Sequence record: NC_031043.1
DNA: 64,000 bases
Reading direction: 5' to 3' (one strand)
Part shown: piece by piece, positions 28,244 to 37,853 of the stretch
Position numbering within the stretch: the stretch's first letter is position 1
Layout of the letters: each line of letters begins with the position of its first letter
Program-made: the position numbers and the translations under genes
Notes under the pieces: model-generated
The model's input: only the letters and a program-made list of their open reading frames with translations
Told to the model about the DNA's origin: nothing
Database searches by the model: none

Positions 28244-30457
28244 ATGCAATCGTATACCGAGTTTAAAAGTACCACAGCCGACCGTGAAACAAATAGCGAT
28301 GCAATTTCTGGTGCTCGCGCAGCAATGGTTGGTGGTCATATGAAATCGGCAGTGCCTTTGGATAGTCCCGAAGCGACACTGCATTTCACCGGTGCTGACA
28401 CCGAATATGAGAAGTATGTCTTTAACCATGTTGTTGAAGACCAAGGGGAAGTGTACCAATATAGCTTAGCAGGACGTCATCTGCGTGCTATCTTCACCCG
28501 TACTTCCAGCCGTCAGGACAGCACACCTTTACAACGCGCAATCTTTTTCCGTCGCTCTGCATTAGGCGATGGCGGTCGTCCAGTCGTGGATGTTATTGAA
28601 ACCACAGGCTTCACTGACCATGACCATGTCTTTACTTCCCTGCAAAAGGAGACCCCTAAGTTACAGCGTCTCCTCCGCGGGGAGACGAATGTCCTTGAAT
28701 ACGGTGAGGACATTACTGAATTAAACTGCCAGTTAAACGGTGAGTTCGTGGATGGGGTGAATCTGGTCACGGTACCAATCTCCCACCCGGAGAACATTGA
28801 GGATGCGTACCTCATCTCCAAAACTGCAGCAGCAATGATGCACGGGTATGGCTATCGCCGTATCGTAGTGCCAATGCGTGATGGGGATGTGTTGTTAGAC
28901 ATCATGGGCAGCCGTTCATCTGATGGCCGTTGGATACCGAAGTATTTCCCTGATGTAGGTGATGCGATTCGTAACGATGGTCTGGTGATTGCCAAACGTC
29001 AATACGACCCACTCTACGCAGCGATTGACATGTCTTCTGGTGAACTACAACACCCATCGCCATTCTACGACAGCTGTGAGTATGTGGATGCTGACCCAGA
29101 TTACATGGCGAATCCAAACGATGAAAATGGGTCTCGCGTCATTGACATTAAAGTCTGGCGTAACGACTCCATGGTTAAAGGGGCAAACAATAACATCCGT
29201 TGTACTGAAGAGAACAAACGAATTCTGGATGAGTACGCGTTTGGTCTGAAAGACTATTACGCATCAATCCTGCGTTTCTACTTCTCGGTCAAAGAAGATG
29301 TGGTTTGGTCACCGAAGGCCAACCTGTTAATCCGTACTGCATTGGCCTCTGATTGTCATGAAGTGTTCCGTGAGTTCCAGCGGGATATTCGTGATGAGTT
29401 AACGAAGTCTGTTCGTCGCCATGAGAACAAACCTGACTACGTTGACAATGCCATGAAGAAGATTCAGGATGCGCCGGAGCGTGGATTGAAAGAAGCGATT
29501 ACGAACTACACGATTGAAATCGTTGTCCGTTATCCTATCCCGGTTACCGTGTCATCTAAAATCACTGACCGTTCAGGCACCAAGGGGATTGTGGGTGCAG
29601 TGCTAGACGATGATAAGATGCCAGTCGATGAATTCGGCATGACCATCCATTGTCTGCGTAGTGCGAACGCCATTAAACGTCGCTCCACGTATGCTGCACC
29701 GTACCATATCTTCTGGTCAGCTGCTTCTGAGCAGTTGAAGATTCGCATGAAGCCGATGCTGGAAGCAGATAAGGTGGAAGAAGCCTGGGCGTTGTTAATG
29801 GAATATCTGGATTGCTATAATGATAAGTGGCGTCAGGCTATTGAGCTGACCCACCAGACTCGTGAAAAGCAAATCGAGCTGTTCGAAGAGATTTACCGTA
29901 CCAGTATCCGTATTCACCTGCCGCATGAATTAAATAAATCGCGGTTGGATATATGTGATGACCTTGGTGAGTTCGCTCCGAAACGCACGAAGCTGTTAAT
30001 GACAGATTATCGTGGGCGTAAGAAGTGGACGAAAAACACGTTCTACGTGGGCTATGTGGAAACCTTACGTCTGGATAAAACCGGTCGTGAGTTCTCTTCC
30101 ATGTCCTCGATGTACACCAACTACTTGGGTGCCATCGATGCAAGCGGGGCTGGCGCGGGCAATTACCCGATGAAGTATAAAGCGATTAAGTTCGGGGGTG
30201 AATCCGAACGTCGTCTGCTCGAAGGTTACCGTAAAGGTGCTTTCGATGAGATTCATAACCGGGCTAACTCACCGGATGTGCATCGTGCAGTGGTACGTGG
30301 GTTGTATACTTCCCACACGCCGACTTCTCCGGGGTATCTGATTGACCGTAGTGAGTACCCGATGGGATATTCGCAGATTGATAAACTGGTGGAGAACATC
30401 CACCGCTGCGAAGGTTTTAGATTAGTCCGTCCACGTCGCGAGGATGCTACTGTATGA
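28244..30457 (+). CDS. non-virion RNAP beta subunit, C-terminal half (phiKZ gp71-73-like)
   Basis: NIEDA, KITDRSGTKG and KFGGESE match RpoB C-terminal motifs. Confidence 0.9.
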   Translation: MQSYTEFKSTTADRETNSDAISGARAAMVGGHMKSAVPLDSPEATLHFTGADTEYEKYVFNHVVEDQGEVYQYSLAGRHLRAIFTRTSSRQDSTPLQRAIFFRRSALGDGGRPVVDVIETTGFTDHDHVFTSLQKETPKLQRLLRGETNVLEYGEDITELNCQLNGEFVDGVNLVTVPISHPENIEDAYLISKTAAAMMHGYGYRRIVVPMRDGDVLLDIMGSRSSDGRWIPKYFPDVGDAIRNDGLVIAKRQYDPLYAAIDMSSGELQHPSPFYDSCEYVDADPDYMANPNDENGSRVIDIKVWRNDSMVKGANNNIRCTEENKRILDEYAFGLKDYYASILRFYFSVKEDVVWSPKANLLIRTALASDCHEVFREFQRDIRDELTKSVRRHENKPDYVDNAMKKIQDAPERGLKEAITNYTIEIVVRYPIPVTVSSKITDRSGTKGIVGAVLDDDKMPVDEFGMTIHCLRSANAIKRRSTYAAPYHIFWSAASEQLKIRMKPMLEADKVEEAWALLMEYLDCYNDKWRQAIELTHQTREKQIELFEEIYRTSIRIHLPHELNKSRLDICDDLGEFAPKRTKLLMTDYRGRKKWTKNTFYVGYVETLRLDKTGREFSSMSSMYTNYLGAIDASGAGAGNYPMKYKAIKFGGESERRLLEGYRKGAFDEIHNRANSPDVHRAVVRGLYTSHTPTSPGYLIDRSEYPMGYSQIDKLVENIHRCEGFRLVRPRREDATV

Positions 30458-32565
30458 AAAAGGGCTTAGCCATTCATGTTCGTCAACTGCGTAATCTGAC
30501 TTCGGAACAGGTCTGGAGTTTGAAAGGGCGTTACGAAGTGACGTTTGATGATAACGTGACCCTCCCGATGGGGGGTCGACACATTAAACTTAGCTGGCCG
30601 TATTGGGCGTTTTCAAGACTGTATGATTTCGTCCCCACCCCAAGCACGTTGGCTTACCATCGTGATGAAATATCGACCGATAACAAACACCTTGAACTTT
30701 TGAGCATGATGTTTGTATTGGCCAAGCACCACGGGATACCGATTGCGGATATTCGTTACGTGTTATCAGAACATGGTTACACAGACGCATACAACAACTC
30801 GGTAGATAATCTGATTGAGTATCTGACCACGGTAGACATTGATACCTTCCGTGACATCTGGCGTCACCCCCGTATGGATGAAGTGCGTCGTTTAGCAGAG
30901 CGTTATCCAGAAGGGTATGATGAAGATGGTAAGGATATGGTTGAAGAAGCCTATCAACATATCGAAGCTATCTTTGATGACCCTGCCATGCGTTACAACG
31001 CTGCGGTCATGTCAGTAAAAGATAAGACCATCAAAGGCGATCAGATTCTCCAGGCCTTTGTGCGTGGTAAGACATCTGAAATCGACTCCCGAGTGTTCAG
31101 TAATCAGGTATGGACAGGGTTCTTTACGGGGCTGGATGATATTGGCCGTGTGAAAGAATCTTGCTCTACTTCCCGTTCGCATCTGTACAACACCGATAAC
31201 ATTGCGGATGCAGAATACACCAGCCGTAAGTTCCAGCTGGTTGCGAACGTGTTGATGAACTTCACCCGTGGGGATTGCGGGTCTAACCATTATCACCGCC
31301 ACACCTTTACTGACACGATGTCCTCAGAGACCACCTTCAATGCGATGGTGGGGATGTTCTATCAACTCGAAGGACATCAGAACGGCATCTGGATTCGCTT
31401 TAATCATGGCGACTTTAAGAAGCTGGTCAACAAACCACTCATCTATCGTTCAGCAATGACCTGTAAGCTATTAAGCAAGCAGTCTATCTGTTCGATTTGC
31501 ATGGGTGAATTGATTGATAACCTGTCTGACGATACGTCACCTGCGCACTTGGCATCGACCTCGATTTCTGAGAAAGGTTCCCAAGGGATTCTGTCCACCA
31601 AGCACTTGGACTTCCTGCGTAAGGTACTGACATTGATATTCACCACAGACATGCAACGTTACATCACGCTGTTTAAACACAGTACGGTGAAAGCGGTACG
31701 TCTGCAGGCAAAACCTCTGTCAGGGTCATGGGATGAGTACGAACTGTCCATTCAGGATAAGATTCACTCTGAACTGATTCAGATTGGTTATCACGGTACA
31801 TTATCTGAGTTAGATGAAACGGCATTACCGGATATCAATACGCTGACCTTCTCCCGTGTGGATAAGGATAAGAACATCATTGATGAAGAATCCATCAACG
31901 TTCGAATGGGTGTCTGTGGGAACTTCTCTCAGGAGTTCTTAAAGCACTATCTGCGTAACAAAGATAACTTGCGCATTGAAGGCAAGTCTGTCTTTATCCC
32001 TCTCGCCGGTTGGAACGTGAACCGCCCTCTGTTAGTTTATACAAACCGGTCAGAAAGTATGGCGGAGTTTGTATCGGCAATGGAAGCGAAGATTCGTTCC
32101 GCGTCAGTTGATGGTGAAGACCGTTTAGTGAAGTCAAGAAAGATGGAAGGTAACCAACGTTCTACATTCGTTAAGAATAAGAACGGTGTGGTGAAATCCA
32201 TCTCGTTGGTGGAAATGCGTGGCGCTACTGAGAAGCAGTGTACTGACGCAATGCTGGACATGCATATGTTCGTTGAACGTAAGCTGAAAGGTATTCCAAT
32301 GACTCATATCGCAATGATGCTTGCTGTCACGCGTGTGGAGTCACCAACTAACAGTTTCCCGGCGGTAGGCTTCGATGCTGAAGACTATAACCAGCAATCC
32401 GGTAAACGTTTCTTAGACCACAACACCATCATGGGTCGCCGTTCTGCTGCACCTATGCTTTTCTATGAGGGTCAACAGGACTACCTCGACAACATCGGCT
32501 TTTGGACTGACCGCATTCGCCCAGCGTCGTTGTACGACGGTGCGTTTGCGACAGTTAAGAAATAA
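30454..32565 (+). CDS. non-virion RNAP beta-prime C-terminal subunit (phiKZ gp74-like)
   Basis: GDCGS, RSAMTC...CSIC Zn site, SISEKGSQ...STKH trigger-loop-like motif. Confidence 0.9.
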   Translation: MKKGLAIHVRQLRNLTSEQVWSLKGRYEVTFDDNVTLPMGGRHIKLSWPYWAFSRLYDFVPTPSTLAYHRDEISTDNKHLELLSMMFVLAKHHGIPIADIRYVLSEHGYTDAYNNSVDNLIEYLTTVDIDTFRDIWRHPRMDEVRRLAERYPEGYDEDGKDMVEEAYQHIEAIFDDPAMRYNAAVMSVKDKTIKGDQILQAFVRGKTSEIDSRVFSNQVWTGFFTGLDDIGRVKESCSTSRSHLYNTDNIADAEYTSRKFQLVANVLMNFTRGDCGSNHYHRHTFTDTMSSETTFNAMVGMFYQLEGHQNGIWIRFNHGDFKKLVNKPLIYRSAMTCKLLSKQSICSICMGELIDNLSDDTSPAHLASTSISEKGSQGILSTKHLDFLRKVLTLIFTTDMQRYITLFKHSTVKAVRLQAKPLSGSWDEYELSIQDKIHSELIQIGYHGTLSELDETALPDINTLTFSRVDKDKNIIDEESINVRMGVCGNFSQEFLKHYLRNKDNLRIEGKSVFIPLAGWNVNRPLLVYTNRSESMAEFVSAMEAKIRSASVDGEDRLVKSRKMEGNQRSTFVKNKNGVVKSISLVEMRGATEKQCTDAMLDMHMFVERKLKGIPMTHIAMMLAVTRVESPTNSFPAVGFDAEDYNQQSGKRFLDHNTIMGRRSAAPMLFYEGQQDYLDNIGFWTDRIRPASLYDGAFATVKK

Positions 32566-32568
32566 ACT

Positions 32569-32595
32569 GAGGGGCCCCGTGCCCCTCTCTTTTTT
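32569..32595 (+). terminator. intrinsic terminator
   Basis: GAGGGGC/GCCCCTC stem followed by TCTTTTTT. Confidence 0.8.
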
Positions 32596-32607
32596 GTGAG
32601 GGGCAAG

Positions 32608-34305
32608 ATGTTCGTCATCCACGTAATCCACACTAGCATGGGCTTCCGAATAGAAGTCCCTGTGCGAGTTATCGAATTAGCTATTTTAAAGTTTGCTGAT
32701 GAACATTTACATGCGCCTAAAATGGGGCGCGACCATGGGAGAATGACCGTCGAAAAGGGGGACGGGTATTACGTTCATATCCCTTCGATGAATTACTTCT
32801 ACTTCCATAAAGCATACTTCCATCGCATCCGTCAAATCGTGACGCACGCTGCGATAGAGTACAATAAGCAGGTGGAGGTACGTGAACACCACTACGTCCG
32901 TCGTGAGCCTTATAAGTGCTCATTCGATAACTACGGCTTCGAAATGGAAGTCACGGACGTAAACTCTCGCTTCTTCTATCAGAACGAAGTGGTTGAGAAA
33001 GCATTAGATCCGTTGTACTTACAAATCATTTTCGCCATCCAGACAGGAAGAGGAAAGACCAAGACCGCGCAAAAGGTGATGGTAAAGAAAGGGGTGCGCG
33101 CTGCACTTATCCACCGTCCAACCTACGTGGATAAATGGAAGTACGACTGTATTGAAGATGAGTCTGGCCTGCGAGTCGACGAGAAGCATGTGTATGTTGC
33201 CAAAGGGACACAGGGAATTTATGACCTGATAGAGGATGGTCGCTCTGGAAAGTTAGACCGAATGGGAATTAAGATTGTTATCTTACCTACCGTCTCGTTG
33301 TTCAACTTCATGAAAGAAGCGATTGCCACAATGTCGTCGTCGCCTGTGGACTTCGAAGCCTTCTATGACGATATCGGTGTTGGTGAGGTTATCTACGATG
33401 AGGTGCATGAGCACTTCTTACTGGTGTACCTGAGCGGTATTCTGTTGAACCCGCCATCCACCATTGAGATGTCTGCTACCTTGAAGCCGGGCGAAGCGAA
33501 GAAGTTTATCGCGGAACGGTATAAGGAACGCTTCCCAGAACACTGCCGCATTAGCGTGCCGTATATTCCGGTGGTCGACTGCCGTGGATTGTACTACAGC
33601 ATTGATGACCCCGCGTTCGTTCGCCGAATGCAGAGAATGACCCCGTACAACCACAAACTGTTTGAGCAGCAATTGTTCAAACACAAACTGGAAGATGGGT
33701 ACTTCTCGATGGTCTACGATATTCTTAAGCGTTCTTACATTGATAAGTATGAGCCCGGTCAGAAAGCCTTAGTCTTCTTTGCGTTAGTGGACTCCTGTGT
33801 CGCATTCGTCAAGTATGTGAAACACCGTTTACGCAATGAGTCAGACAAAGATTTCTCCGTGGTGAAGTACAACGCAGGGGATAGCTACGACGAGTTCATA
33901 GCTGCCGATATCGGGGTTTCCACTCCGGGTAAAGCAGGTACGGCAATTGACATCCCGGGGTTGGTTGTGGCGATAGTCACAATTGCCATCGATGACCGTC
34001 AGTTGAATGAACAGATTGCGGGCCGTCCGCGTGAAGTGACCAAGTGGGATTTGACACCGAAAGTCTTCTTCCTGCACTGCAGTGAACTCCAAAAGCATTT
34101 GCAGTATCTGGAGTCCCGCATGCGGTCATTGAAAGAAGTAGTGAAATCCTTCATGACTTCGTTCGCGCCTTACGCTATAAGGAAATCGAATGTTAGTACC
34201 TCCTTCTCCAGCAACGCCGCTGCCGCCGTATCAAAACCTCACGCTAGCAAGCTTCCTCGAGGCAGTCTTACGGGCTTATCCCGCCGTAGAGGACGCCGTC
34301 GTTAG
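32608..34305 (+). CDS. superfamily 2 DExH helicase (phiKZ gp75-like)
   Basis: QTGRGKT, DEVH, SAT, STPGKAGTAIDIPGL, QIAGRPR. Confidence 0.92.
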   Translation: MFVIHVIHTSMGFRIEVPVRVIELAILKFADEHLHAPKMGRDHGRMTVEKGDGYYVHIPSMNYFYFHKAYFHRIRQIVTHAAIEYNKQVEVREHHYVRREPYKCSFDNYGFEMEVTDVNSRFFYQNEVVEKALDPLYLQIIFAIQTGRGKTKTAQKVMVKKGVRAALIHRPTYVDKWKYDCIEDESGLRVDEKHVYVAKGTQGIYDLIEDGRSGKLDRMGIKIVILPTVSLFNFMKEAIATMSSSPVDFEAFYDDIGVGEVIYDEVHEHFLLVYLSGILLNPPSTIEMSATLKPGEAKKFIAERYKERFPEHCRISVPYIPVVDCRGLYYSIDDPAFVRRMQRMTPYNHKLFEQQLFKHKLEDGYFSMVYDILKRSYIDKYEPGQKALVFFALVDSCVAFVKYVKHRLRNESDKDFSVVKYNAGDSYDEFIAADIGVSTPGKAGTAIDIPGLVVAIVTIAIDDRQLNEQIAGRPREVTKWDLTPKVFFLHCSELQKHLQYLESRMRSLKEVVKSFMTSFAPYAIRKSNVSTSFSSNAAAAVSKPHASKLPRGSLTGLSRRRGRRR

Positions 34306-34567
34306 ATTGTGTGAAGACTCGGTTACCCGCCGAGCTTTGCACTACTACACGGTCGAGGAACACTTCGCGGGCATGCAGATTACGCAACGCGGAAAGACGT
34401 ACTATGTTACACGGGTGAGCAGTATCCGCAACACTGCCGGTTACGAGCAGTACAGTTGGGTACTCTGGCACGATGACAAGTCCGGTACGTCGGTTGATGA
34501 AAACCCGAAAGTCGCTTACCGCCTGTATTCACACAAGTGGTTTGATTGGGTAGCCGTCAAACATTAA
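34190..34567 (+). CDS. hypothetical protein overlapping the helicase 3' end
   Basis: AAGGA SD before ATG 34190; followed by a terminator. Confidence 0.6.
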   Translation: MLVPPSPATPLPPYQNLTLASFLEAVLRAYPAVEDAVVRLCEDSVTRRALHYYTVEEHFAGMQITQRGKTYYVTRVSSIRNTAGYEQYSWVLWHDDKSGTSVDENPKVAYRLYSHKWFDWVAVKH

Positions 34568-34573
34568 TAACAA

Positions 34574-34613
34574 GGGGGACATTCTATATGTCCCCCACTA
34601 CCCTTATTTTTTT
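34574..34613 (+). terminator. intrinsic terminator
   Basis: GGGGGACAT/ATGTCCCCC stem with a downstream T tract. Confidence 0.7.
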
Positions 34614-34636
34614 GATATATAAAAGGAAACATTGCC

Positions 34637-35251
34637 ATGTCTCGCCGTAAAAAGAAACCTGCTTATAACCCACGTTCTGGCGCCCGTCAGGAAATCTACG
34701 CTGCGGTTCGTAAAGTCATTAAGTGCGAAGATAAATGGTTCGCACAGGCCAAACAGATTGGCCAGATGATTGAAGACGAGCGTGCTGCTATTACCCGTCT
34801 GCCAGAAGGCGAAAAGAAAGCCACGGCTGAGAAAGCCATGGAACAATTGTACGCGGCCTTCCTCGGCACCCTGCAGACGTATAACACGAAGTTTGCAGAA
34901 GGTACACTGAAAGGTGACGATATCGGATGTGCTGCACTGAAAATCGTTAACGGTAAAGGTACCAAGTGGTCTGATATGGAGCTGATGCTCATCGACCCTA
35001 CCGCTTCACTGATGGAGTTGGAAGCTGAGCTGTCCAACCTGTTACTGGATGCGACTGCCGCCTTCATGCCTGCGGTAGCGCAATACCAGCTGGATACCGG
35101 TGAATCGAAAGACAACGCCGAAATGCAACACATCATCGATGAGATGCGCGCACAGGCACCAAAGCCTGAAGCACCTAAGTTCGAAGAAGTGGCTGAAGAA
35201 ACCACCCGCGAAGATCGCGCGGATGCTGCATTCGAAGCTGCCGCCCAGTAA
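34637..35251 (+). CDS. hypothetical helical protein
   Basis: 204 aa; AAGGA SD; strong codon bias. Confidence 0.8.
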   Translation: MSRRKKKPAYNPRSGARQEIYAAVRKVIKCEDKWFAQAKQIGQMIEDERAAITRLPEGEKKATAEKAMEQLYAAFLGTLQTYNTKFAEGTLKGDDIGCAALKIVNGKGTKWSDMELMLIDPTASLMELEAELSNLLLDATAAFMPAVAQYQLDTGESKDNAEMQHIIDEMRAQAPKPEAPKFEEVAEETTREDRADAAFEAAAQ

Positions 35252-35273
35252 TTACTTTTAGGGACTGTGACCA

Positions 35274-37391
35274 ATGAGTCAAGAAAATGAGAACCAAGGT
35301 CGTCCGTTGTTGACAGCCGGGGTACAAACGGAGGAGCTGGGCAAAGCCCCAGCCGACCTCGGGTTTACAGCTGTTGCAGAAGACGATTACGACCCGGAAG
35401 AAGCGCGTCGTTTGTGGTTGGAAAACCGTCGTCAGAAAGAACTGGCAGCCAAAGGACAAGCGGGGGTTCAGGTAGATGACCAGAGTCGCGATATTGGGCG
35501 GTCAGTGCATAGCAGTCCATCTGCTCGCAGCGTTAGCCAGCGGGAAGATAATGGTAGTGAATTCGGACGCGCCAGCGGTACGCAAGAAACGACCATCGCT
35601 CAACAGCCTGTTCAGCCAACCGTGGAGTTACAAGCTCCCGCAAGTGCCCCCGCACGAGATGACACGCATGCAGACGCAGGTGCTTACACTGCCCAAGCAC
35701 AGTCGCTCGTTTCGCCGACCGCGCAGAAGGAAGTAATTCATGTCAAAGAAGAAGCGCAAACAGCCCGTCTGCATGATAGCCAAAATGGAACGGGTCGAGT
35801 TGAACACCGACATGCGGAACAGCAGCTTGCTCCAGCAGCGCCAACTTTCCAGCCAGTTGCAGACCCTGCGCCACAGGCCGAGACCAAGCAGCCAGCACCG
35901 CCTGCGACGCATCGCGTGAAATCAATTCTGGAAATGCCTGGCCATTCCGGTGAACGCAGTGAGTTTAGTGAACTGAAAGAAGATGACCCGTCTGCAATGT
36001 TGGCCGGGGCCTCTTTGATTGGTGGGCTGCGTAACCTCGCCGAATCGGTGGGGGGCTTTAATCAGTTCATCCGCGGTATTCCACGTGACGGTAACGGCGC
36101 ATTGCAATTCCGTAGTCAGGAAGAGCAGGAAATCTACGAACGCATCAGCCAAATCATGCAAATTGCCTCTCCAACGATGCAGAACGGTAACCAAGCGCAG
36201 TCAGAAGCTTGGGCACGTGAAGACATCAAGTGGCAGCAGCAGGTTGATACCGGCAACGGTGACCCGTTTGTGATTAAGAACCACCCTCGTTCGGGTGCTG
36301 GGTTAATGTCGGCGATTTATCGTCGTCAGAACTCGGGTGCGCCGGTCACGGTGTTCTTACCGGCGTCGGGTTTCTTCATTACCTCGAAAGCCCCGCACGA
36401 AAACGACTTCTGTGACTACGACGTAGCACAGACCATGGATACTAACCAAGTGGGCCTGTCCACCTTTGGTATCCTGCTGTCGGCGTCTTCTGGCCTGTAC
36501 CTGAAACACATGTTCAGCTTTGCGCTGAAGTTTGTCGAAGGCACTACGTTGGATGTGGGTGACGGTGAACTGCATCAAACCCTGTATTCGAAAATCGATG
36601 AGCGTGACTACTGGTTAGTGGTCATGGCTTGTACCATTGCGAAATACCCAAGCGGTATTCCATGGTTACTGAGCTGTACCTCGCCAACTTGCAGCCACGA
36701 AGAAGAGCTTAAGCTTAACATCGCACGCTGCATCCGTTACGCTAACGGGGTGATGACACAAGGCCAGCAAGCACTGATTAACCGTCAGCGCGACGGCGAA
36801 CTGATGACGTTCACCGAGCAGGCCGAGTATCGCAAACAGCACATGAAAGACCCGACGACTAAGTGGGTGGATGACAACCTGACCTTCCGTTTCGAACACG
36901 CTTCTATTGCGCGTTATATCGACACGACCGAAGAGTGGGTAGGTGACATCAACAAATCGACCACCGAAGCCATGGGGAACTACGCGACTGAACAAGAGCG
37001 TAATACTTACATGCGTATGGCTGCCGAGAACCGTCGTCTGACTCGCTACCTGCACTTCATTGATTCCATTACCAGTAATGAAGGCACTGAGGATGAGTAC
37101 ATCGAGAAAGACCCGATTAAAATCCGTCAGGCTTTGGTTGCGATGTCTTCTGACCGTGGTTTTGTGAACCGCTTTGAAGCCGCCATTGAGAAGTTCAATG
37201 AACGTTCTCGCTTGGCCATCTTCGGGTACATGTCACACAACTGCCCAGCATGTGGCGTGGCAACGGGTGAGAAAGAAGGTCCATTCCGCGGCATCGTTGA
37301 GATTTCGCCGGACAGACTTTTTTTCGTGCTCTCTCGAGTGGTGTACGAGATTCAGAAACTGTTAACAGATCAATACGAAAGTATTGGCTAG
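35274..37391 (+). CDS. large CxxC protein, tail/baseplate assembly chaperone candidate (G-like; phiKZ gp77-like position)
   Basis: 705 aa; low-complexity N-terminal third; CTSPTC and CPACG motifs as in T4 gp26-type assembly factors; slippery site near the 3' end. Confidence 0.6.
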   Translation: MSQENENQGRPLLTAGVQTEELGKAPADLGFTAVAEDDYDPEEARRLWLENRRQKELAAKGQAGVQVDDQSRDIGRSVHSSPSARSVSQREDNGSEFGRASGTQETTIAQQPVQPTVELQAPASAPARDDTHADAGAYTAQAQSLVSPTAQKEVIHVKEEAQTARLHDSQNGTGRVEHRHAEQQLAPAAPTFQPVADPAPQAETKQPAPPATHRVKSILEMPGHSGERSEFSELKEDDPSAMLAGASLIGGLRNLAESVGGFNQFIRGIPRDGNGALQFRSQEEQEIYERISQIMQIASPTMQNGNQAQSEAWAREDIKWQQQVDTGNGDPFVIKNHPRSGAGLMSAIYRRQNSGAPVTVFLPASGFFITSKAPHENDFCDYDVAQTMDTNQVGLSTFGILLSASSGLYLKHMFSFALKFVEGTTLDVGDGELHQTLYSKIDERDYWLVVMACTIAKYPSGIPWLLSCTSPTCSHEEELKLNIARCIRYANGVMTQGQQALINRQRDGELMTFTEQAEYRKQHMKDPTTKWVDDNLTFRFEHASIARYIDTTEEWVGDINKSTTEAMGNYATEQERNTYMRMAAENRRLTRYLHFIDSITSNEGTEDEYIEKDPIKIRQALVAMSSDRGFVNRFEAAIEKFNERSRLAIFGYMSHNCPACGVATGEKEGPFRGIVEISPDRLFFVLSRVVYEIQKLLTDQYESIG
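37319..37325 (+). other. candidate -1 ribosomal frameshift heptamer T-TTT-TTC
   Basis: In-frame CTT TTT TTC; the -1 frame is open from 37301 to 37783; 5-bp hairpin 6 nt downstream. Confidence 0.7.
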
Positions 37392-37783
37392 AGAGCGGCG
37401 GCTTAAGCCATGAGACCTTGATCAATACGCTTAAGCTTGATACCACCTCTCTGTTCAAGCGTCGTGATCACCGTGCCGTGACTTACCAAGAAGCGTATGA
37501 CGAGTTAATGGCGTCGTATGACCAATCGGTAGGTCTGGAGACGGGGCGATATCATGTAGCGATGTCTTTTCAGGAAGACCCGCTCGCGAACTCGCTGTAT
37601 CAGATATGGGTCGAAACGTTCATCCGTGAAGATGTTTATAAATACATGGGTATGAACTTCCAGCAGTTCTTGCAACAACCACGTTGGTTGATTGACATGC
37701 AGCTGAAAGCGATTAAGCGTCGTCATCAAGACGAGACTGCGCTAGCCAATGAGATTAAGAACACCTTGCCTCCGGATAAGTAG
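37325..37783 (+). CDS. C-terminal extension (T-like) reached by -1 frameshift; ORF-track ORF 37418-37783
   Basis: No ATG/GTG and no SD before the TTG at 37418; the C-terminal YMGMNFQQFLQQPRWLIDM pattern recalls gpT/T4 gp51-type chaperones. Confidence 0.6.
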   Translation, partial: RALSSGVRDSETVNRSIRKYWLESGGLSHETLINTLKLDTTSLFKRRDHRAVTYQEAYDELMASYDQSVGLETGRYHVAMSFQEDPLANSLYQIWVETFIREDVYKYMGMNFQQFLQQPRWLIDMQLKAIKRRHQDETALANEIKNTLPPDK

Positions 37784-37813
37784 AAGTGCCCTTCGGGGCA
37801 CTTTCTTTTTTTT
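37783..37813 (+). terminator. intrinsic terminator
   Basis: GAAGTGCCC-TTCG-GGGCACTTTC followed by a T tract. Confidence 0.9.
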
Positions 37814-37818
37814 GTTAC

Positions 37819-37827
37819 AATGGTATG
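37819..37827 (+). promoter_or_regulatory. late-type promoter AATGGTATG
   Basis: phiKZ late TATG motif; the same 9-mer occurs at 58086. Confidence 0.55.
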
Positions 37828-37853
37828 TATCCCAGCTTTAGGACTTTACAGTC

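Noticed and set aside
37418-37783. Independent 121-aa gene starting at TTG 37418
   Set aside because: No SD and a weak start; the frame is open 117 nt further upstream and includes a slippery heptamer, so it is treated as a frameshift extension (not fully excluded)
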